From: a virus
Direction: 5' to 3' (one strand)
IMG/VR virus record: IMGVR_UViG_3300010286_000195
Length of the DNA stretch: 64,000 bases
The notes under the pieces were generated by a model. The model was not told the DNA's origin and searched no databases. It worked only from the letters and a program-made list of their open reading frames with translations. Made by a program: the position numbers and the translations under genes. Positions within the stretch are counted from its first letter, which is position 1. The number at the start of each line of letters is the position of its first letter. This document shows, in pieces, positions 59,782-64,000 of this stretch.

Positions 59782-59970
59782 TTACAGATTCCACAAATCT
59801 ATGTGTCCTACAACTTCTGCATCATCGATTTCCTTACCATAAAAATTATCATAAGTTTTTAAACCAAGTTTACTAAACCATTGAATAGTAACAAATTCAA
59901 TACCTACATGTTTAACAAAAATCATTGTTTCCATGTCTGGTTTCAACTCTATGTAGTCTTTACACGACAT
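59782..59970 (-). CDS. hypothetical protein
   Basis: ORF. Confidence 0.5.
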   Translation of the reverse strand: MSCKDYIELKPDMETMIFVKHVGIEFVTIQWFSKLGLKTYDNFYGKEIDDAEVVGHIDLWNL

Positions 59971-60034
59971 ACATTAGAATATACGTTGTAGGAAATAAAG
60001 GTTACGATTTAGTTTGAAAAGATGAATAGTGTAA

Positions 60035-60172
60035 CCACACTAGAATCAAAAAATATGGTGCTAAACATATCAAAACTGTATGTTTCCGGCACCTATCTTA
60101 CGCGGGACATAGTTTTACATGGGTAAAAAAAGTAGTATGAAAAAAGTGATGTTTTTCTCGTCAAATTGGGCT
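60035..60172 (+). repeat. dispersed three-block repeat, copy E
   Basis: CTAGAATCAAAAAAT, CCTATCT and GTTTTTCTC blocks at the same spacing. Confidence 0.65.
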
Positions 60173-60390
60173 TAAAATACTTGCAGTTGATAACTATCAA
60201 TCTTCTCAACCTTTTTAATCTCATGCATCTGTAAATATTCAATAAACATATTGGTTACAGATGGATCATACTTACACCCTGTGTCGTAAATCATGAAATC
60301 ATTCCACAATTCATGAATCCTTTCGTAAGAAGTATCCACCTGGATAATACCATCTACCTTGTAACCATCAGTAATTACAAACAAACTCAT
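60172..60390 (-). CDS. hypothetical protein
   Basis: ORF. Confidence 0.5.
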   Translation of the reverse strand: MSLFVITDGYKVDGIIQVDTSYERIHELWNDFMIYDTGCKYDPSVTNMFIEYLQMHEIKKVEKIDSYQLQVF

Positions 60391-60441
60391 GCAAACACCA
60401 TGTCATAAATTTTACACGCGCATTCAATCGTTTTACGCATA

Positions 60442-60825
60442 TTAATCATCCTCGATTGTAATTTCAGGTAAGGGTTCATGTCCTGTTTTCATCGGTTCAT
60501 TGAAGTCTACAGTCCAACCACCTTCCGGGTAACGTTTCCAAGCATACGCATGTCGAATTACTTGATAAATATCCCATGCCTCTTGTCCCGGCCCTACAAT
60601 GTCATTGTAAATACCATAATACTCATTTGACTCAAGTTCAGGGAAAATCATTTCACGTAAGCGATCAAGATAAAAACGCGCATTGTCCTGGTTGAACTCG
60701 TGCTCGAACCTAAATTCGTCGGAGATTACATGGAACTGTCCCATGCGCACACGTGAGTAAAACTCAAGTGCGTTCATTAGAACTTGTGCCTGATTTTCAT
60801 TGAAAGTAAGAGTAAATTTCATCAC
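60442..60825 (-). CDS. hypothetical phage protein
   Basis: 127 aa; overlaps the upstream gene. Confidence 0.65.
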   Translation of the reverse strand: MMKFTLTFNENQAQVLMNALEFYSRVRMGQFHVISDEFRFEHEFNQDNARFYLDRLREMIFPELESNEYYGIYNDIVGPGQEAWDIYQVIRHAYAWKRYPEGGWTVDFNEPMKTGHEPLPEITIEDD

Positions 60826-61247
60826 TCACCACCTTCTACAAACTTCCTTACAGGTGTTCTCTTCACTTCTACAAGCGCATATTCCACCACTTCAGCATCG
60901 TAAGGATACTCTTTGTAAAGAGGAATACTCTGCTTTGTTTCGTGGTTGTAACCTATGATTTGTTTAAAATGATTCTTTAGGTGACTTGCTTTCATCCAAA
61001 TCTTACCCTTGTTATCAAAGTGAGGATTTAAACCACCACTTGAGAATAAATTATCCTTCTCTACACGGAATACAGTATCGCGCACTTCCTCATAGCATTC
61101 ACTACCTGAAGATAATAGATTCAATTTGGGATCAAAATGACATTGACCCCATACTTTACCTTTACAACCTACCGCAATACATTCTTCATTCATGCTTCCA
61201 CACGGTGTAACATCTTCCATGTTACCAATGTAACGATACATCTTCAT
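60822..61247 (-). CDS. hypothetical protein
   Basis: 141 aa with AGGTG RBS. Confidence 0.6.
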   Translation of the reverse strand: MKMYRYIGNMEDVTPCGSMNEECIAVGCKGKVWGQCHFDPKLNLLSSGSECYEEVRDTVFRVEKDNLFSSGGLNPHFDNKGKIWMKASHLKNHFKQIIGYNHETKQSIPLYKEYPYDAEVVEYALVEVKRTPVRKFVEGGE

Positions 61248-61563
61248 TCATTTACACCTTACTGTATACAGTTCACGTGTAAGGATAAAAAGGTTACGAA
61301 AAAGAAACGCAAAAGAGGAAAAAGGTAATGAATATTAGTAATGAAATACTAATGACAAGGATAATATTCTTAACCATGTAATCCACATCCTAAAAATTAG
61401 TATTTAAATTACAGTGATGGTCACTACAACCTTCTTATCTTCGAAGTCTGATATGATATTCTCAATAGAATCTTCATCAACGCACCACAGATCATATTCG
61501 TCATCGTAAGAAACAACACCTTCAAGGACAATATTCTTAATCATGTAAACCATATCCTAAAAA

Positions 61564-61938
61564 TTAGAGTTTCTCCATCTCCTCTGCAAGTTCAGCTGTT
61601 GCTAATGCAAGCCAATCCAAGAACTCTTCCCTGTAAGGACAATCGTAGGCAAGGTTGGTAAAGAACGTGGTAAACCCTTCAAACGTAATGATAAACGAAT
61701 CATCAACCTGCTCCACCAGATCCATCTCCTCCAGGCGATTCATCATAACCTTCTGTAACTCCTCGCTCCTGAAATCATCCGCACCCGCACCAAGCATCTG
61801 CTTACACAGCACCGCATAGATGATTGCCGCACCCACATCTGTAGGGTAATACTGTCCCTCTTCTGTGCGCTCAACGATTCCAATTCCCTCAAGGATGTCA
61901 TATCCTTCCTTTACTTCATTACTAACTTCAGGTGTCAT
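61564..61938 (-). CDS. tandem winged-helix-like protein, paralog 3
   Basis: LEGIGIV...YYPTDVG and LEEMDLV...FIITFEG wing motifs. Confidence 0.55.
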   Translation of the reverse strand: MTPEVSNEVKEGYDILEGIGIVERTEEGQYYPTDVGAAIIYAVLCKQMLGAGADDFRSEELQKVMMNRLEEMDLVEQVDDSFIITFEGFTTFFTNLAYDCPYREEFLDWLALATAELAEEMEKL

Positions 61939-62546
61939 GTTTTTCTTGCACCGGATATTATGTCTACGCTTTACTATTTATGTGTTGTGTAATGCACTCG
62001 TAGGGATAAACGGGTAGGGAGAGATAATGGGTGATATATGTAGGGGGATATAATATTATATTTTGTCCTACACTTTTCGTAGGAAACAGTAGATGAGAAA
62101 GTGGGATACAACACCTCATCCCAAAAGTCATGTGAAAATGGGCTGTAAAAGTGGATATGAAAATAGTTTTGGGATAGGATTTTGATATTGGAGTTGATGA
62201 TTGGTTACACTTAATTTTAGTGGTATTTAGTGTAAATTGGGGTATTTGTAAGGATATATATAATATATTATGTTGATTACACTATTAGATTTGGGATAAA
62301 ATAAAGTGTAAGGATAGTATTATGTTTATTACTGTATTCTTATTTAGAATAGAATTACAAGTAAAATATAGTATTAGATTGGTATTACACTATATACTAT
62401 ATGTACATTATATATTCCTTACAATAAGTACAATAATAAATATAATAGAATTATAATATCATTACTCTATTCTTATTAGAAGTAGATTACATGTAAGAAT
62501 ATATAATCTATATATAACTATAATAGGTAATTACACTAATAATATT

Positions 62547-62672
62547 ATCATTACACTATTATCATTACACTATTATCATTACACTATTCTTACTAGAAGT
62601 ACAATATAGTACATGAATTTCTAATCCATAACTGATGTACAAATAGATGTACAAGTATATGTACAAATATAT
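62547..62672. repeat. 14-bp x3 and 12-bp x3 tandem repeats
   Basis: ATCATTACACTATT x3 (62547-62588); [GT]ATGTACAA[AG]TA x3 (about 62635-62670). Confidence 0.8.
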
Positions 62673-63058
62673 GATTAGTACTATAATCATTAAGAATATC
62701 AACTAGAAAGGAGCGCGTAAGCGCGATAGCAGTAGCGAGCGTAGCGCGAGCGTAACTGCACTTGACAAAGAAAAAAGAAAAACCGGAAAAAAGAAAATGC
62801 GTTTGTGGGGCAACGTGCCCACGAAGGACCCCTTACCCCTAATTTATGCAACTCATAGTATATAAATGTTTCGGTCCATGTTGGTATTTTTGAGGTGGAT
62901 GTATATCTAAAAAGATATATCATTTATAAATATATATTACTATCAGTAATAATGGTAATGTGTTTTACCTATTTTCCCATACATTTCCCATACGTGCCGC
63001 ACTGGAAATGAAGGTTGTAATGGTAACGAATAAATAATTAGTAATCAAAGTATTACGT

Positions 63059-63265
63059 ATGTCAGAAATGTGTCAGTATGTCTTTACATGCGTTAAGGAT
63101 GGGACTGTCGAGTATCACTACCTGTATTGCGCTGATCTACTTGAAGCAGTTAAGAAGCATGAGATGATTTACGGGTATGAGTATAAGGTAAAGAGGGTCG
63201 AAGTTCAAGATGGAAAATCGCTCGATAAATTTCAGTCTAAATTGTGGGATTACACCACTCTCTAG
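63059..63265 (+). CDS. hypothetical protein
   Basis: 68 aa; stop codon lies inside repeat copy F. Confidence 0.55.
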   Translation: MSEMCQYVFTCVKDGTVEYHYLYCADLLEAVKKHEMIYGYEYKVKRVEVQDGKSLDKFQSKLWDYTTL

Positions 63266-63400
63266 AATCAAAAAATTCACCCCCTTCTTTATATAGAAAC
63301 GTGCTAATTTTGATCCTATCTTTCAAAATAGGTATAATTGTATACCTCCAAAACATAGGGGTCAAATTTTGCATGTTTTTCTCTTCAATTTGGGCTTATC
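63256..63400 (+). repeat. dispersed three-block repeat, copy F
   Basis: Closely matches copy C in its first 60 bp; same spacing. Confidence 0.7.
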
Positions 63401-63406
63401 CCAAAA

Positions 63407-63646
63407 CTACCATGAGAAGAGTGCAATGAGGAACCAGATGAATCCTGATAGTGCTTCACTTGCAGCACTTAGTTTCATATTCATGGTAGCGAAGGTGATT
63501 GCGAGTGTGAACAGTCCAAGTGAAGTAAAGAGTGCAGTAAAGATATTCACGGAACCAATGTTGAAGATACAATCATGCAGTTGAGGAAGAAGAGTAATTG
63601 AGAATGAGAATCCTACGATACTAATAACTGCGTCTTGCCATTTCAT
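63407..63646 (-). CDS. PQ-loop/SemiSWEET-like three-helix membrane protein
   Basis: Helix 1 ends in LLPQL; two further hydrophobic helices; 79 aa. Confidence 0.55.
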   Translation of the reverse strand: MKWQDAVISIVGFSFSITLLPQLHDCIFNIGSVNIFTALFTSLGLFTLAITFATMNMKLSAASEALSGFIWFLIALFSW

Positions 63647-63788
63647 GTTTGTTTACCATAAGTTCCAGGGTTGTCTTGATCTCACGTAACTGTTCTTCAT
63701 TAGCATCAACAATGAGAATTTTATGTGTTGTATGATCTTTACCATTACTATCAGTAATATGGGTGGGTTTGGATATATGGAATAACAT
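63621..63788 (-). CDS. 55-aa hypothetical protein (not in ORF track)
   Basis: MLFHISKPTH...; ATG 2 nt after the tRNA-Gln discriminator base. Confidence 0.4.
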   Translation of the reverse strand: MLFHISKPTHITDSNGKDHTTHKILIVDANEEQLREIKTTLELMVNKHEMARRSY

Positions 63789-63790
63789 AA

Positions 63791-63929
63791 TTCTCCCGGC
63801 AGGATTTGAACCTGCGTCACTGGATTTCTTCAGAGTGTGTCAGGAGTTACCGCCCCTCTAGATTAAATTGTGAGTTTTGTTCCACACTCTATCAAAGTCC
63901 AGTAGGCTTGACCTCTACCCTACGGGAGT
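63791..63929 (-). tRNA. tRNA-Gln(UUG) with 66-nt intron at 37/38 (intron 63826-63891)
   Basis: Cloverleaf with D arm GGGU/GCCU, anticodon stem CUGGA/UCCAG and T arm GCAGG-UUCAAAU-CCUGC. Canonical BHB: CUUU/GAAG central helix, two 3-nt bulges, 8-bp outer helix. Confidence 0.9.
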
Positions 63930-63931
63930 GA

Positions 63932-64000
63932 TGTGTCAGGCAGGATTCGAACCTGCGATACCCTTCGGCAAAGGATCTTAAGTCCTCCGTGTTGCCGCTC
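63932..64000 (-). tRNA. tRNA-Leu(UAA), 5' end cut by window edge
   Basis: GAGGA-CUUAAGA-UCCUU anticodon arm, long variable arm, GCAGG-UUCGAAU-CCUGC T arm, A73. Confidence 0.88.

Noticed and set aside
62699-62923. 74-aa ORF over the GC box and A-tracts
   Set aside because: Product simply reflects low-complexity DNA; no RBS.
63826-63891. C/D-box guide RNA in the tRNA intron
   Set aside because: CUGA is present, but there is no proper RUGAUGA box C inside the intron.
1-64000. Provirus/integration module
   Set aside because: No integrase, att-like tRNA fragment duplication or host housekeeping flank seen; lifestyle cannot be determined from this window.

Overview
Nearly the whole window is one tailed archaeal dsDNA virus genome (Caudoviricetes, siphovirus-like), probably infecting a methanogen. 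Support for this: methanogen-type ThyA, PCNA/RFC/MCM-like/AEP primase replication genes, GGTGA ribosome-binding sites, TATA-type promoters, and a tRNA with a bulge-helix-bulge intron. Layout: 1-21.5 kb (+) head, neck, tail and putative lysis genes; 21.6-47.4 kb (-) terminase, portal and MuF running straight into replication and nucleotide-metabolism genes; 47.4-63.8 kb accessory region of small genes, iteron-like repeats and candidate structured RNAs; 63.8-64 kb start of a tRNA cluster. No integrase, CRISPR array or reverse transcriptase was seen. The most notable features are: two copies of an anticodon-less tRNA-like RNA element whose closing stems differ in sequence but both pair, each just upstream of an early gene; two genes that appear to start at ATA; a six-copy dispersed element with three fixed-spacing blocks; two TATA-preceded candidate ncRNAs; and a clear -1 frameshift in the tail chaperone. 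All product calls come from motif recognition by eye; no database searches or folding programs were run.
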